A DNA stretch of 64,000 nt, taken from Eutreptiella sp. 'Long Island Sound 2002' (lineage: Eukaryota; Protista; Euglenida). The notes beneath the pieces are model-generated. The model worked only from the letters and a program-made list of their open reading frames with translations. It did not search any database and had not been told where the DNA came from. Position numbers and translations under genes: made by a program. The first letter of the stretch is position 1, and the number at the start of each line of letters is the position of its first letter. Of this stretch, positions 62,681-64,000 are shown in pieces. Location: NCBI GenBank assembly GCA_964036045.1, contig OZ038378.1, forward strand, positions 53,816,001 through 53,880,000. Direction: 5' to 3'.

Positions 62681-64000
62681 ATGAACTTGATATCCGGCAC
62701 GTTAGGTCACACAATGGATTCCAAAGCCCATAACAATGAGGACCAACGGCTCATACATACCACCGCGCTTCCCAGGAAGGCGAACAATGCAGTCGGATGG
62801 GCAAATCAACGACTTGCCAGCCACCGTGGGGAACGGCAATGTGTCCCATGGCTGCAGCAAACCTCGAGAACTGAATGGAACGAAGCACCAGTTTTGCCGC
62901 CCCTTGCACCATGGCCCCTCCACCTGACAATCTTGGTGAAGTCGGACCATGCACAGGATGCAACAAGAAGCAAAGCGCAAGCAAAAGGTCCCCTTGCACG
63001 TTGTGTCAAGAAGAGCTGGTGTGCTGGAGCTGCTCCCAGGCTGGTACATGTTGTTGGGCGTGCCGCACCCACCCACGTTGGCACTTGGAATTCAAGGCGA
63101 AGACGGTCACCGACATCCCTAGTCTACCGTGTACGGCAAGCTTCTTCATGTTCCGCGACGAGAATACCCACTTGTATCTCACGGTGGTTGACATGCCTTG
63201 GGCAGTCGCGGAAGTGCGGAGGATGGGGGACACCGCACCCAGCCCTGAGCATTGTCCATGGTGTGACTTTTGCAATGGCAACTCCATCATTTCCACCGCT
63301 TCCGACACCGTTCTTGCCACCGTGCACGTCCCCCCGGGTATGGGTATCATCCTTTGCAACGTATAGTTTGGGGGCTTTGCATTTCGGTCTCCTCCTGTTT
63401 CGCAGTTCCCAACCACACGCGGTCGTGTCTTTTGGTGCACGCTTCTTTCCCCGCAAACGCCTGTCTTGGATTATTGTATGGCGCGGTACTACGGCTGGAT
63501 CACCCCATGGGAAAAACAATCCTCAAGGGTTTCCAAGTTGGCAACACCAAAGAAAGGAACCGGGCCCAGTGTGGCAGCGGCGACAGCGAGACGGAGGATG
63601 CAGTGCATTGGACGTGTGCCTGTCAGCATGTGCACTACCTAGACAACTCCCACTCTGCGCACAACGCGCGTTTGCCAATTTCTTGTGCGATCCGTGTGTT
63701 GCGACAGCCGCCTACGACAGGCATCAAGACAGCCCCATGTCCCGTGACAGCCCCCCACGACAGCCCTACCGACAGCCTCCAACGACACACCGTGTCTTGT
63801 ACCTTGTCTTCATCCCTTTGTCCCACGACAGCCCCCCTCTCTAGTCTTGGGGGTACGAACCTGATATCCGAAGGTCTCGGCCCACACCCGGGATAGGCAG
63901 TTTCACTGTTGCAGAAAAATGACCACAAACCCCCAACAAATCTTCATATTTCCGAAAACACCACTTTTCAACCAACACTGTTTTGGGGATTCCTCTTGTG

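Noticed and set aside
1-64000. tRNA, rRNA or spliced-leader RNA genes
   Set aside because: No cloverleaf with A/B boxes, no conserved rRNA strings and no Euglena-type SL sequence noticed by eye; tRNAscan-SE and Infernal would be decisive.

Overview
Eukaryotic, repeat-saturated DNA (roughly balanced GC by eye, many G/C homopolymer runs, GT-AG introns). The taxon cannot be fixed from the sequence; a protist with a large TE-rich genome is my guess. The only host-like gene is a + strand coiled-coil protein seen as three phase-0 exons (7626-7868, 47574-47876, 53310-53504), with a 39.7-kb first intron packed with mobile DNA. The best-supported object is a 5,145-bp DNA transposon (20153-25297) with 31-bp TIRs starting CCCTA and a 2-bp GG target duplication. 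It encodes a spliced DDE transposase of CMC/Transib(RAG1)-like architecture that lacks the usual CxxC and H(3-4)H zinc ligands, plus an accessory gene with a Tudor/SH3-like module. It sits inside a homologue of its own accessory gene in an older, transposase-less element (~19150-27601); removing it restores that reading frame. A second, dead transposase of the same lineage lies at 29276-31067. Other content: a 7.4-kb array of 1.55-kb units with an internal fold-back inversion that amplified part of a decayed RecQ/Y'-type helicase gene, remnants of LTR, DIRS-like and probable LINE retroelements, and several mini/microsatellites. I found no rRNA, tRNA or CRISPR array. All family calls come from motifs read by eye; no database search was run.
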